A DNA stretch of 64,000 bases from positions 203-64,202 of the forward strand of contig SVJL01000003.1 of the NCBI GenBank assembly GCA_015068985.1. The letters are read 5' to 3'. This DNA is from Oscillospiraceae bacterium (GTDB taxonomy: Bacteria; Bacillota; Clostridia; UMGS1810). The stretch's first letter is position 1. Each line of letters starts with the position of its first letter. The notes below the pieces were generated by a model that saw only the letters and a list, made by a program, of their open reading frames with translations, was not told the DNA's origin and did not search any database. The position numbers and the translations under genes are program-made. Of the stretch, positions 7,956-18,062 are shown piece by piece.

Positions 7956-8990
7956 ATGAATCAGACAATTACAGACAATGGCATAGTTTTGGCGGGTAAC
8001 ATTTTGACCGACAATGTTAAAATTATCGACCAGTATCCCAAAGAGACAATGCTTTCCAATATCACTTCTTCGTCAAGAGCGGTTGGCGGTTGCGTGCCCA
8101 ACACAGCTATCGACATTGCCAAAATTGACGATACAATTCGTATTTCTGCCTGTGGCATGGTTGGTGATGATGACAACGGTCAATATGTTGTTGACCAGAT
8201 GAAAAAATACGGCATCAACACAGACGCCGTTAAAGTAACAACCGATGCCCCCACAAGCTACAGCGACGTTATGAGTGTTGAATCAACAGGCATTCGTACC
8301 TTTTTCCACGACAGAGGTGCCAACAAGATTTTTTCCTCTGCTCACATTGACGTTGACTCCCTCGACTGCCGCATATTCCACATTGGCTACATTCTTCTTC
8401 TTGACCAGTTCGACAAAGAAGACCCCGAATATGGCACTGCAATGGCAAGACTTTTGGCAGAAGTTCAAAAAAAAGGCATCAAAACTTCTATCGACGTTGT
8501 GAGCGACACTTCCGAAAAGTTCCGTCAAAAGGTTGTTCCTGCTCTAAAATATTGCGATTATGCAATAATGAACGAAACCGAGGGCGGCGGCGTGTCGGGA
8601 CTTGAACCACGCAATGCCGACGGTAGCATCAACATAGATAACATCCGCAAAACTCTGGAGATGTTTATGGAATACGGTGTTAAAGACGTTGCCGTTATTC
8701 ACTGCCCTGAGGGTGGATTTGCCCTCGATTCAAAAGGAAACTTTGCAGCCGTTCCTTCTCTCAAATTGCCATCAGGCTACATTAAGGGCAGCGTTGGTGC
8801 CGGCGATGCATTCTGTGCGGCTTGCATTTATTGTCTGTATAAAGGCATCGACATTGAAACAATGCTCGAGCTTGCATCTTGTGCGGCGGCTTGCAATCTT
8901 TCTGAAAGTGATTCTATAAGCGGAATGAAGCCTTTGGCTGAAATTATGAGAATGAACAAAGAAATGGAAAGAGCAAAAAAAAGCTGGTAA
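7956..8990 (+). CDS. PfkB-family carbohydrate kinase (substrate unknown)
   Basis: The C-terminal GAGDAFCAA motif is typical of ribokinase/PfkB kinases. The ATG at 7956 lies 8 nt after GAGGTG. Confidence 0.8.
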   Translation: MNQTITDNGIVLAGNILTDNVKIIDQYPKETMLSNITSSSRAVGGCVPNTAIDIAKIDDTIRISACGMVGDDDNGQYVVDQMKKYGINTDAVKVTTDAPTSYSDVMSVESTGIRTFFHDRGANKIFSSAHIDVDSLDCRIFHIGYILLLDQFDKEDPEYGTAMARLLAEVQKKGIKTSIDVVSDTSEKFRQKVVPALKYCDYAIMNETEGGGVSGLEPRNADGSINIDNIRKTLEMFMEYGVKDVAVIHCPEGGFALDSKGNFAAVPSLKLPSGYIKGSVGAGDAFCAACIYCLYKGIDIETMLELASCAAACNLSESDSISGMKPLAEIMRMNKEMERAKKSW

Positions 8991-8992
8991 AA

Positions 8993-10912
8993 TCAAAAAA
9001 GTGTTTCTTCAAAATAAAGCTCTGTTTTGTCCGACAAAACAAGCTTTATTTTTTTGTCGTCAACATCGTACCCCGATTCAATTTTTTCAATTTTCAATCC
9101 GTCTGTGGCAGGAAAAAGAACCGTTGTGTGTCGAAATGTTTTTGAGCGTATGTTATGTAGCACACAGCACACAGGTCTAAAGTCGCCCTGAATGGCACTG
9201 TTGGCAGTCCAGCCTTGCATATGAGGTTCTGTCTGCCCGGTCACAGTGCTGACATTTACACCAGAGTAATCTGATATCAGAATATCGAGATGCTGTGATT
9301 TTATGCTTTTTTCGTGTTGAATAATGTTGCCTGAGTCTACGTGCCACATTATATCGTAGGAGTGTTCACAGCTCGAATAAACCCTGTCTACGCATATAAC
9401 AAAAGGTTTTAGATCGGCCAGTGATTTAACAAAATAAAGGTTTCTTCTGTGAACAACATCGGTTCCGGCATCCTCGCCATAGCCTTCATGGTATTCGGCA
9501 CTTAAAGAATCAACGGTATCGGACAATTTGAATTTTAAATCACTCTTTTTGTTTATCATATCCGGATGCCATTTATAGTTTTTGCGTCGATTCTGACCCA
9601 TTGAGTCAACCAAAAGCGTGTTGTGAGCATATGTTGAAAGCACATATTTTCTCATATCCGATGTGTCGTAGGCATAGTTGTTGCCCTCGCACAGTGCAAG
9701 TTTGCCGTTGGTAAAAAACACAAATGACAGTTTGTCTTCATGCTGATGGCCTGCACCAAACTCGCCACCGTCAAAAAACACAAAGCTATCGTTTTTACTC
9801 CAACCTGTGCGAAGAGAGGCAAGACCTGCATATTCAAACACAAACGAAAGCTGGTCTGTGGGTTTTGTTTCAGATATAATATTTTTAAAAATTTTGTTGC
9901 TGCCAAAAAGGTCCATATATCCGCCAATAAGGTTTTTGCTGTCAACAAAAGCTCCGTCGTTTATTGACGGAGTAACGCCGTTTGGCATCATATGTGTCAC
10001 ATATATCATAAGAGCTTTTTCGAGCCTTTCCATAATAAGCTCGGGCACGTTAATTTCATATGCCTTGCAAAGACGCACAGCCACCGAATAGTTTTTTATA
10101 ATAACAATCTGATAATCGGTTGACAGCTCGTTGTGAACACCGTCGGCATACACCTGACCTGCAATTTCTTTTTCGAGAGTTTTTAGTGCCTGATTTTTCC
10201 ACCTTGTGGCATCGCTAAGCCACGGATTCAAAACTCCAATGTGCAAAAGTCCGTTCATTTCCATTATGAGCCAGTTTCTTGCAGTAGGAAATCTTGAAAG
10301 TTCGTTGCCCTGTTCCCATACCGATTTGCACCAGTCAACCAAGGTGTCATCAGAAAACTCGTTAAAAAATGTGTGAAAAACAACGGGCCACACAAGCCCC
10401 TGACGAATACCACACTCTAAAGTTCTCCAACCAACAGAGCGTTTTTCTTCGTCGGTTTTTGGTGAAAGCATCTGCTCCTTCCAGCTTTCAAAGAGCTCAC
10501 TGCAAGCCTCGGCATATCTGATGTCAGATGTGAGCCTGTATGCTTTCGCCAGAGTTTCAAGCTCTGCATGACGATTTAACTGAACAGGCCACTCAATGTA
10601 GCCGTTTGCGGTGGGATTGAATGTCCAGTCAACTTTTTTATTACCAAAGTCGTGGGGAATTTTGCACGACACCATATAGTGTCTGATGGCTTTCTCGGCG
10701 TTTTCTAAAATATCGTCTTTGCTTTGCTCCGGTTGTGTGCACTGATATGTTGAAAAAAACTTTTCGGGCTCGAGCACACATCGCACATAAGAGGCAAAAA
10801 CCCTACGGCATTTTTGATAGTTATTTTCTGCGGTATATTTCTTTAGAATGTTAAGCTCCGGAATTGATGTGTCCACAATTTCCGAAAAAAACTTATGGTC
10901 TGTCAGTGTCAT
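8993..10912 (-). CDS. Heparinase II/III-like family protein (polysaccharide or oligosaccharide lyase-like), cytoplasmic
   Basis: 639 aa. The GAGHQHEDKLSF motif matches the G-H-x-H-x-D-x-LSF signature of the heparinase II/III C-terminal domain. No signal peptide is present. Confidence 0.7.
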   Translation of the reverse strand: MTLTDHKFFSEIVDTSIPELNILKKYTAENNYQKCRRVFASYVRCVLEPEKFFSTYQCTQPEQSKDDILENAEKAIRHYMVSCKIPHDFGNKKVDWTFNPTANGYIEWPVQLNRHAELETLAKAYRLTSDIRYAEACSELFESWKEQMLSPKTDEEKRSVGWRTLECGIRQGLVWPVVFHTFFNEFSDDTLVDWCKSVWEQGNELSRFPTARNWLIMEMNGLLHIGVLNPWLSDATRWKNQALKTLEKEIAGQVYADGVHNELSTDYQIVIIKNYSVAVRLCKAYEINVPELIMERLEKALMIYVTHMMPNGVTPSINDGAFVDSKNLIGGYMDLFGSNKIFKNIISETKPTDQLSFVFEYAGLASLRTGWSKNDSFVFFDGGEFGAGHQHEDKLSFVFFTNGKLALCEGNNYAYDTSDMRKYVLSTYAHNTLLVDSMGQNRRKNYKWHPDMINKKSDLKFKLSDTVDSLSAEYHEGYGEDAGTDVVHRRNLYFVKSLADLKPFVICVDRVYSSCEHSYDIMWHVDSGNIIQHEKSIKSQHLDILISDYSGVNVSTVTGQTEPHMQGWTANSAIQGDFRPVCCVLHNIRSKTFRHTTVLFPATDGLKIEKIESGYDVDDKKIKLVLSDKTELYFEETLF

Positions 10913-11006
10913 ATCAGATTCTCCAAATCAATAAAAAACTTCAATGAATTTTAGTCAGCAGGCAGATTATGGTTACTATTTTTCTTGTTTTAGGCGAGTT
11001 AGGATA

Positions 11007-11789
11007 TTAATGCAACTGCTTAACCAGTGATTTGCCTTCCCATTCGCGGGCAGGAGCAATTTTCATCACATCTGCTATTGTTGGGGTGATGTCTAATATG
11101 CTCACACCCTCAATCTCATTGTTTTCTTTAAAGTTTTTTCCAACAAAAAACATAGGTATGGTCATATCCTCGTCGGCATCGGTGCCGTGGCTGCGGTCGT
11201 GACCGCCGTGGTCTGCAGTTACAATGACAGTGTATTCATCGCCTGCTTCTTCAATAACTCTTTTAACGTTGTCTATTGCCCGGCTTATATATTCCAGATA
11301 TGCGTCCGACATCCAGCCGTTGTCGTGACCGCCCTTTTCGTCGGTTTCCACCATATACAAAAATACAAAATCAGGCTTTGCAATCTTAATATATTCAAGT
11401 GCACGCTCGGTCAGCATATCGTCAGTGTGGTCAAAAGAATATGAATGTATGTATTCTGATGCATAAAGCGTTCCCGGTTTTCTGACGTTGATTATAGGCT
11501 CCCAGCCATAATACATTGCACATCTTTTTCCAGCTGCGTTGAGCTGGTCAAAAAGGCTGTTTATGGGATGAACAGGGGGAATGTACGTGTTGTCGAAGGT
11601 GCAGTGTCTTTCGGGAGGAACGCTGTGAAACAATGAAAGATGACAGGGGAGAGTTATAGATGGGAACACTGTTCGTGCACAAAATGTGTGTGTAGATTTT
11701 TTGATAAGTGTGTTAAGATAAGCATTTCCGCACTTTTTCAGCCCGTCCGGTCTCATTCCGTCAATAGATATTAAAATAACTTTTTCCAT
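11007..11789 (-). CDS. Alkaline-phosphatase superfamily protein (type I phosphodiesterase/nucleotide pyrophosphatase-like)
   Basis: ISIDGMRPD at the N-terminus, an FPSITLPCH nucleophile region and a VTADHGGHD..HG metal-ligand motif. Confidence 0.7.
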   Translation of the reverse strand: MEKVILISIDGMRPDGLKKCGNAYLNTLIKKSTHTFCARTVFPSITLPCHLSLFHSVPPERHCTFDNTYIPPVHPINSLFDQLNAAGKRCAMYYGWEPIINVRKPGTLYASEYIHSYSFDHTDDMLTERALEYIKIAKPDFVFLYMVETDEKGGHDNGWMSDAYLEYISRAIDNVKRVIEEAGDEYTVIVTADHGGHDRSHGTDADEDMTIPMFFVGKNFKENNEIEGVSILDITPTIADVMKIAPAREWEGKSLVKQLH

Positions 11790-11983
11790 AATAACACCCC
11801 TATAGGCAATTTTTGTTAAACATTAAAAAACATTATATCACATTTGATTCAAAAAATAAACATTTATTTGCTATTACACTTGATTTTTACGACAAAAATT
11901 GATAAAATATATGAGGTGTATATTTATAAAAGTAAAAATGCACGCATATTATAATATAGTGATAACATATAAGAGGTATAATT

Positions 11984-13702
11984 ATGAAAAATAGTGACAA
12001 CACTTCTCCAAAATCTACCAAACGAAAAACCGCTCTGATAATCGGTGCAATCGTCGCAGGTGTTATTGTGTTAGCTTTTGCTTTTCTCGCAATCATCGCT
12101 TCAACTGCCAGAATATATGACGGTGTTTGTGTGGGTGAGATTAAGCTTGGCTCTATGACAGCCGACGAAGCAATTGAAGCTCTTGAGCAAAGCTACCCTT
12201 TGGCGGATGCAAATCTTAAGCTCAAATGCGGCGAAAAGGTGTTTGAAGTGTATGGCTCTCAGATAGAACTCAAGCCCGACTATCAGGCAACTGCCGAAGA
12301 AGCCGCTCTTGCCGGAAAAGAAGGACACATTTTTTCAAAAATAAAAAACCTTATTTCGTTCAGCATCAACTCTTGCCAAATCAATATGCAGCTCACCTGC
12401 AACAAAGAGCTTTTGCAGTATGCAATCAACGAAAACCTTGGCGAAAATGTTTCTGATGTGTCGGAATATGTTGTTGAAATAGGCGATGGATGCCTTGTTG
12501 TAACAAACGGCAGAGCGGGCAGAGGTGTGAACATCAAAAAACTTCTCGACCGTGTTTCTGCACTCTACACATACGGCTCTCTTGACGAACTTATTGAAAT
12601 TGAGGTTGAAGATATTGAACCTCAAAAAACAGATGCCGATGACCTTTTTGAAAAATACAACCGTGCTCCCATTGATGCAGTGTGCACTCAAAATGGCGAC
12701 AGCATCACCATCACTCCCGAGGTTATCGGTGTTGAGCTTAAACTTGAAGATGTTAAAAAAATTGTTGGTGAAAATATCAATAACCCCGAAAGCTACACTA
12801 TTCCTGCAAAAATTACTCACCCGAATGTTACTGCTGCACAGCTTGAGGCAGAATATACCGATTGTGTTATAGCTACCTATTCTACCGATTATTCCACAAG
12901 CAGTGCCAACCGCAAAGAAAACATCCGCCTGGCTGCTTCAAAAATTAACGGTGTTATTTTAAACCCCGGCGATGTGTTTTCGTTTAACGGAATTGTTGGC
13001 CCTCGCACCCAGGCAACCGGCTACAAGGTGGCTCACGTGTATAGCGGCAATAAGGTTGTCGACGGCATTGGAGGCGGCATTTGTCAGGTTTCGTCAACGC
13101 TTTACAATGCGGTTGTGTTTGCCGACCTCGAAATTGTTTACAGAACAAACCACAGTCTTCCTGTTTCCTATGTGCCTCTTGGAAGAGATGCAACTGTTTC
13201 TTACGGCACAATTGATTTCAAGTTTAAAAACAATAAAGAAACTCCCATCAAGTTTGAAGCGATTGCCGATGGCACCAACCTCACAATCAATGTGTACGGC
13301 AGAAAAAAATATATGAAAGACATTTCTATTGAAACGGCAGTTGTCGGCTACATACCGTTCTCTGTCAGTGAGGTGGAAGACGCGAGCCTGGCCGCAGGTG
13401 AGCGTGTTGTAAAAGAAAGAGGTGCAAACGGCACAAGAGTTGAAGCCTACAAAATTGTTAAAGAAAACGGAAACGAGGTTTCGAGAACACTCCTTGCAAA
13501 AAGCTCCTATAGTCCTACCACTCAGTTGGAAGCAGTAGGCACAGGAATGGCTCCGATGCCCGATGTTCCCGCAATGTCAACAGATGGAAGCTATGCCATA
13601 TCACCGGACGGTGCAAATGCTGGAGTGGAAATTCCGTCTTTGCCCGTAGCTCCCGAGGTTCCAACTATTCCCGATGCAGGAATTCCTGCTCCGGTTCAGT
13701 AA
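11984..13702 (+). CDS. VanW family protein with G5 domain
   Basis: N-terminal TM helix. The VanW core reads NIRLAASKINGVILNPGDVFSFN...GGGICQVSSTLYNA. A G5-like segment and a Pro-rich tail follow. Confidence 0.8.
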   Translation: MKNSDNTSPKSTKRKTALIIGAIVAGVIVLAFAFLAIIASTARIYDGVCVGEIKLGSMTADEAIEALEQSYPLADANLKLKCGEKVFEVYGSQIELKPDYQATAEEAALAGKEGHIFSKIKNLISFSINSCQINMQLTCNKELLQYAINENLGENVSDVSEYVVEIGDGCLVVTNGRAGRGVNIKKLLDRVSALYTYGSLDELIEIEVEDIEPQKTDADDLFEKYNRAPIDAVCTQNGDSITITPEVIGVELKLEDVKKIVGENINNPESYTIPAKITHPNVTAAQLEAEYTDCVIATYSTDYSTSSANRKENIRLAASKINGVILNPGDVFSFNGIVGPRTQATGYKVAHVYSGNKVVDGIGGGICQVSSTLYNAVVFADLEIVYRTNHSLPVSYVPLGRDATVSYGTIDFKFKNNKETPIKFEAIADGTNLTINVYGRKKYMKDISIETAVVGYIPFSVSEVEDASLAAGERVVKERGANGTRVEAYKIVKENGNEVSRTLLAKSSYSPTTQLEAVGTGMAPMPDVPAMSTDGSYAISPDGANAGVEIPSLPVAPEVPTIPDAGIPAPVQ

Positions 13703-13717
13703 TGTGTTTAATAAAAA

Positions 13718-14650
13718 ATGATGATAATTCTGTTTGTTTTGCTAATTTTGATTGCTGTTTTTGCATCGATTGTATACATCACCTATTACGTCAGCTTTTA
13801 TTCGCGCAAAAGAAAAAGACTTTTTGAGGTCGGAGCACCCAAAGGAAAAAAATATGATAGCTATCGCTTAAAGGTGAAGCACAATATGAGCCTTTTTGCC
13901 GATATTGACCTCAAATGGATTCATACAACTTCTTACGATGGCTACCGCCTTTCGGGAAGATATTATCACAATCACAACAATGCACCGCTTGTTTTGATTT
14001 TTCACGGTTATCGCAGCAATGCCAAGCGTGATGCAAGCGGCGGTTTCTGGTATTGTAAAGACAAAGGCTTTAATGTTCTTATGCCCGACCAGAGGGCTCA
14101 CGGCAGAAGCCGGAGTCACACTATAACCTTTGGCATAAAAGAGCGTTATGATGTTATAAGCTGGATAGATTATTGCAACAAAAATTTTGGAAATAACACC
14201 CCCATCATACTTATGGGTGTGTCGATGGGAGCAGCCACGGTTATGATGGCATCAGGTCTTAACTTGCCGTCCAACGTGGTTGGAATTGTGGCGGATTGCG
14301 GCTATTCTTCTCCAAAAGACATTTTGACCTCAGTCATAAGGGCAATGAAGCTTCCCGTAAGGCTAACCTATTGGGTCACTAAGCTCGGTGCCCGTATTTT
14401 TGGCGGTTTTAACCCCGATTCTGCATCAGCAGTAGAGGCGGTGTCGGGCTGCAGATTGCCGCTTCTCATTGTCCATGGTAATGCCGACACGCTTGTGCCT
14501 CCGTCTATGGCAAAAAAAATCTATGATGCTGCCGCAGGTGATAAAGAGCTGCTGATTGTTGACGGGGCAGAGCATGGAGTGTCATTTTATCGTGACACAA
14601 AGGCATATGTGGCGGCACTTGACCGATTTTTTAACAAAATAAAATTGTAG
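13718..14650 (+). CDS. Alpha/beta hydrolase, membrane-anchored
   Basis: N-terminal TM helix, a GVSMGA nucleophile elbow (GxSxG), and downstream HGNAD and EHG motifs. Confidence 0.7.
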   Translation: MMIILFVLLILIAVFASIVYITYYVSFYSRKRKRLFEVGAPKGKKYDSYRLKVKHNMSLFADIDLKWIHTTSYDGYRLSGRYYHNHNNAPLVLIFHGYRSNAKRDASGGFWYCKDKGFNVLMPDQRAHGRSRSHTITFGIKERYDVISWIDYCNKNFGNNTPIILMGVSMGAATVMMASGLNLPSNVVGIVADCGYSSPKDILTSVIRAMKLPVRLTYWVTKLGARIFGGFNPDSASAVEAVSGCRLPLLIVHGNADTLVPPSMAKKIYDAAAGDKELLIVDGAEHGVSFYRDTKAYVAALDRFFNKIKL

Positions 14651-14674
14651 TTCGTATAAAAATTAATAATATTA

Positions 14675-16291
14675 ATGTATAGGAGTGATATTTTGGCTGT
14701 AAGACTTATTGTTATTTCTGCAATAATACTTGCGTGTATTCTGTTCAACAAAGTATCCTCCAAGCTGGGCATTCCTGCTCTTTTGGCTTTTCTTGTTCTG
14801 GGAATGTTTTTCGGATCTGACGGAATCATAAAATTCCAGTTCGATAACTATCTGTTTACCGAACAAATATCCACTGTTGCTCTGATTTTTATTATGTTTT
14901 ATGGCGGCTTTGGCACCAACTTTGACCAGGCAAGGCCGGTTATGACAAAATCTATTTTGCTTTCATCTTTCGGCACCATATTCACTGCACTTTCGGTTGG
15001 GGTGTTTTGTCATTATGTTCTCAAAATAGCATTTGCCGAAAGCTTGCTCATAGGCTCAGTTATAAGCTCAACCGATGCAGCTTCAGTGTTTTCAATTTTG
15101 CGTTCAAAAAGACTTAACCTACGCTACAACACCGCATCACTGCTTGAGGTTGAAAGCGGAAGCAACGATCCATTTTCCTATATGCTCACATCTCTTTGCC
15201 TCACGTTTATGAACAGCTCTGTTTCTGCCGGTTCGGTTGTGTGGATGCTGATGTTGCAAATTGTTTTGGGTGTTGGCTTCGGATTTGTTTTAGCTCATTT
15301 TGCATTTGTGTTTATGAAAAAATATGAGTTTTGCCACGCAGGGCTCGACACCATATTTATGGTAGCTGTTGCCATTGCTTCCTACGCCGTTCCCGTTGCA
15401 CTGGGTGGCAACGGATATCTTTCGGCATACATTTGCGGCATAATTCTCGGAAACCGCAAAATCGAAAACAAGCGGGCACTCGTAAACTTTTTCGACGGTG
15501 TAACCGTGCTGATGCAGATGCTTCTTTTCTTTCTTTTGGGATTACTGTCAACCCCGTCAAAGCTTCCTCAAATTGCACCCATTGCTATTGCTGTAGCACT
15601 TTTTCTGACATTTGTAGCACGCCCGATAATTGTTTTTACTGTGCTGTTGCCGTTCAAAAGCAAGCTTGGTCAGTGTGCGGTTGTGTCGTGGGCAGGTCTT
15701 AGGGGTGCTGCCTCTATTGTATTTGCAATAATGACCGTAATTAGTCCGGCTCATGTTGACAACGATATTTTTCATATTGTGATGTTTATCGTTCTGTTTT
15801 CAATTCTTATTCAGGGCAGTCTCATACCTTTTGTTTCCAAAAAGCTCAGAATGACCGACGACAGTCAGGACGTTATGAAAACATTTAACGATTATCTCGA
15901 CGAGGTTCCGGTTCAGTTTATGAGGTTCACAATTCCCGAGCACCATCCCTGGACGGGAATGGCGATAAAGAGTATAGTTTTTCCCCCCGAATCGCTTCTG
16001 GTGTTGATTATCAGAGGCGACAAAAAAATTGTTCCCACCGGAAATACAATTCTCCACTATGGTGACGAGCTTGTTCTGAGCGGTCACGCATCTGACCATA
16101 TTGACGGAGTTAATCTTTACGAAAAGATTGTTGAGGGTTCAGACGAAATTAATGGCATGAGAATTGCTGATCTTCCGTCAACAGAAAAGCTCATAATTAT
16201 GATTCGTCGAGGCGAAAGCATAATCATTCCAAGAGGTAATACACGGCTCAAAGAAAATGATGTTTTGGTTATTAACGAACCGGACAACTAA
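14675..16291 (+). CDS. K+/H+ (cation/proton) antiporter, CPA1 NhaP2/CvrA type, with C-terminal TrkA-C domains
   Basis: A polytopic membrane N-terminal ~390 aa is followed by two RCK-C-like segments (GDELVLSG and ENDVLVI). Confidence 0.8.
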   Translation: MYRSDILAVRLIVISAIILACILFNKVSSKLGIPALLAFLVLGMFFGSDGIIKFQFDNYLFTEQISTVALIFIMFYGGFGTNFDQARPVMTKSILLSSFGTIFTALSVGVFCHYVLKIAFAESLLIGSVISSTDAASVFSILRSKRLNLRYNTASLLEVESGSNDPFSYMLTSLCLTFMNSSVSAGSVVWMLMLQIVLGVGFGFVLAHFAFVFMKKYEFCHAGLDTIFMVAVAIASYAVPVALGGNGYLSAYICGIILGNRKIENKRALVNFFDGVTVLMQMLLFFLLGLLSTPSKLPQIAPIAIAVALFLTFVARPIIVFTVLLPFKSKLGQCAVVSWAGLRGAASIVFAIMTVISPAHVDNDIFHIVMFIVLFSILIQGSLIPFVSKKLRMTDDSQDVMKTFNDYLDEVPVQFMRFTIPEHHPWTGMAIKSIVFPPESLLVLIIRGDKKIVPTGNTILHYGDELVLSGHASDHIDGVNLYEKIVEGSDEINGMRIADLPSTEKLIIMIRRGESIIIPRGNTRLKENDVLVINEPDN

Positions 16292-16333
16292 CCTGAACAT
16301 ATAGCTGCGTTCAGCTTAAAGAAATTAAACCAC

Positions 16334-16368
16334 AAAAAATACAACTGCCTGATGGCAGTTGTATTTTT
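16334..16368. terminator. Bidirectional intrinsic terminator between the antiporter gene and dapB
   Basis: AAAAAATACAACTGCC-(TGAT)-GGCAGTTGTATTTTT. Confidence 0.75.
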
Positions 16369-16379
16369 GTTTATGTTTT

Positions 16380-17150
16380 CTATTCTTCAATAAGCTGTGC
16401 CATATTATACATTCCGGCAGGCTTTCCAATGAGGAATTTTGCAGCTTTTATTGCACCCTCTGCAAAGACCTCTTTGCTCATTGCAGTGTGCTTGATTTCA
16501 ACAATTTCGTCGTTTCCTGCAAATATAACCTCGTGTTCGCCAACAATAGTGCCGCCTCTCACTGCGTGAAGACCAATCTCGTTTTTGCTTCTTTTCTTTC
16601 TTACCGAGTGTCTGTCATACACGTATTCGGGTTTTTCTGTAAGCGTGTCGGATATTGCATCTGCAATCATAAGAGCTGTGCCGCTTGGGGCGTCAATCTT
16701 TTGATTGTGATGCTTTTCGATAACCTCAATGTCAAACTTACCCTCCAGAATGGATGCAGCTTTTTTAACAAGGTTGATAAGCAGATTAATACCCAGCGAC
16801 ATATTTGCCGAGCGAAACACAGCCAAGCTTTTTGAAAGCTCTTCGATGTCGGCAAGCTGTTTGTCGCTAAGACCTGTTGTGGCAATAACTGCAGGCACCT
16901 TGCTTTCTTTGCAGTATTCGATGATTTTTGAAAGTGATGCCGGATGAGAAAAGTCGATAACCACGTCTGCTTTTTCTTTTATGTTGCGGATATCATCATA
17001 CACCGGAAATGAATTTTTGGTTTCACAATTAATGTCGAATCCAAAAGCAATTTTTGCGTCGGAATCGGTGTTTAATATGTTTGCAATAACCTGACCCATT
17101 TTACCGTTGCAGCCGAAAAGTGCAATATTTATCATATTGTTTCTCTCCAA
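16380..17150 (-). CDS. dapB: 4-hydroxy-tetrahydrodipicolinate reductase
   Basis: GCNGKMG Rossmann motif and the DapB signature EKHHNQKIDAPSGTA. Confidence 0.9.
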   Translation of the reverse strand: MERNNMINIALFGCNGKMGQVIANILNTDSDAKIAFGFDINCETKNSFPVYDDIRNIKEKADVVIDFSHPASLSKIIEYCKESKVPAVIATTGLSDKQLADIEELSKSLAVFRSANMSLGINLLINLVKKAASILEGKFDIEVIEKHHNQKIDAPSGTALMIADAISDTLTEKPEYVYDRHSVRKKRSKNEIGLHAVRGGTIVGEHEVIFAGNDEIVEIKHTAMSKEVFAEGAIKAAKFLIGKPAGMYNMAQLIEE

Positions 17151-17153
17151 TAA

Positions 17154-18041
17154 TTATTTAATTAAGCCATAGTTTTTCATAGCAGTTTTAAGCTGATTCA
17201 GGGTGTTTTCTTCCATAGATGTGAGAGGAAGTCTGAGGTGGCCTGTGTTCCATCCCATAAGACCGAGAGCGGTTTTAACAGGGATCGGGTTAACCTCACA
17301 AAACAGAGCATCACAAAGCTCAATCATACCAAGCTGAAGCTCTTTTGCTTCCTTTATGTTACCCTCTAAGAATTTGTATACCATATCGTGAGTCTCTTTT
17401 GGAGCAACGTTGGCAACAACAGAGATAACGCCCTTGCCGCCAAGAGAAAGAACGGGAAGAATTTGGTCGTCATTGCCCGAGTAAATGTCGAGTTCGTCGC
17501 CGCAGATTGAAGCAATTTTTGCAACCTGCGAAAGGTCGCCACTTGCTTCTTTAACAGCCACAATGTTGTCTATTTTAGAAAGTTCTTTCAAGGTTTCGGG
17601 TTTGATGTTGCAACCGGTTCTTGAGGGCACATTATAAAGAATAACCGGAATTTTAACGCTGTTTGCAATAGCAGTAAAATGCTCTATAAGGCCTTTTTGA
17701 GTAGCTTTGTTGTAGTAGGGAGTAACAGTCAGAATTGCATCTGCTCCTGCACTCTCGGCAAACTTAGTGAGCTTGATTGCGTGAGGGGTGTCGTTGGATC
17801 CGGTTCCTGCAATAACGGGAATTTTGCCTGCAACTCTGTCTACTGCATATTTGATTGTGGCACAGTGTTCTTCGTCGGGCATTGTTGATGCCTCGCCGGT
17901 TGTGCCGCAAATGATTATGGAGTCGGTGCCGTTTTCAATGTGATAGTCGAGCATTCTGCCAAGCTCATCATAGTTGACACCGTTTTCGGTAAAAGGTGTT
18001 ATGATTGCAACACCCGAACCGGTAAACACAGTTTTCTTCAT
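17154..18041 (-). CDS. dapA: 4-hydroxy-tetrahydrodipicolinate synthase
   Basis: The motifs [13 protein letters not shown] and VAVKEASGD (Schiff-base Lys) are all present. Confidence 0.9.
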   Translation of the reverse strand: MKKTVFTGSGVAIITPFTENGVNYDELGRMLDYHIENGTDSIIICGTTGEASTMPDEEHCATIKYAVDRVAGKIPVIAGTGSNDTPHAIKLTKFAESAGADAILTVTPYYNKATQKGLIEHFTAIANSVKIPVILYNVPSRTGCNIKPETLKELSKIDNIVAVKEASGDLSQVAKIASICGDELDIYSGNDDQILPVLSLGGKGVISVVANVAPKETHDMVYKFLEGNIKEAKELQLGMIELCDALFCEVNPIPVKTALGLMGWNTGHLRLPLTSMEENTLNQLKTAMKNYGLIK

Positions 18042-18062
18042 TCTTTTGTCCTGCCTTTCGTC

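Noticed and set aside
16359-16835. Long ORFs antisense to well-supported genes. Examples: 16359-16835 opposite dapB, 37890-38468 opposite znuA/zur, 42406-42984 opposite AraC, 44848-45471 opposite the Gfo/Idh/MocA gene. Further examples: 54544-55062 opposite GH127, 2909-3433 opposite the aldehyde dehydrogenase, 12335-12820 opposite VanW, 23721-24248 opposite DeoR, 28327-28884 opposite gpr.
   Set aside because: Their translations are low-complexity or Cys/Phe/Lys-rich with no recognisable motifs. They lack ribosome-binding sites. They fully overlap genes that have strong family signatures, so they are shadow ORFs.
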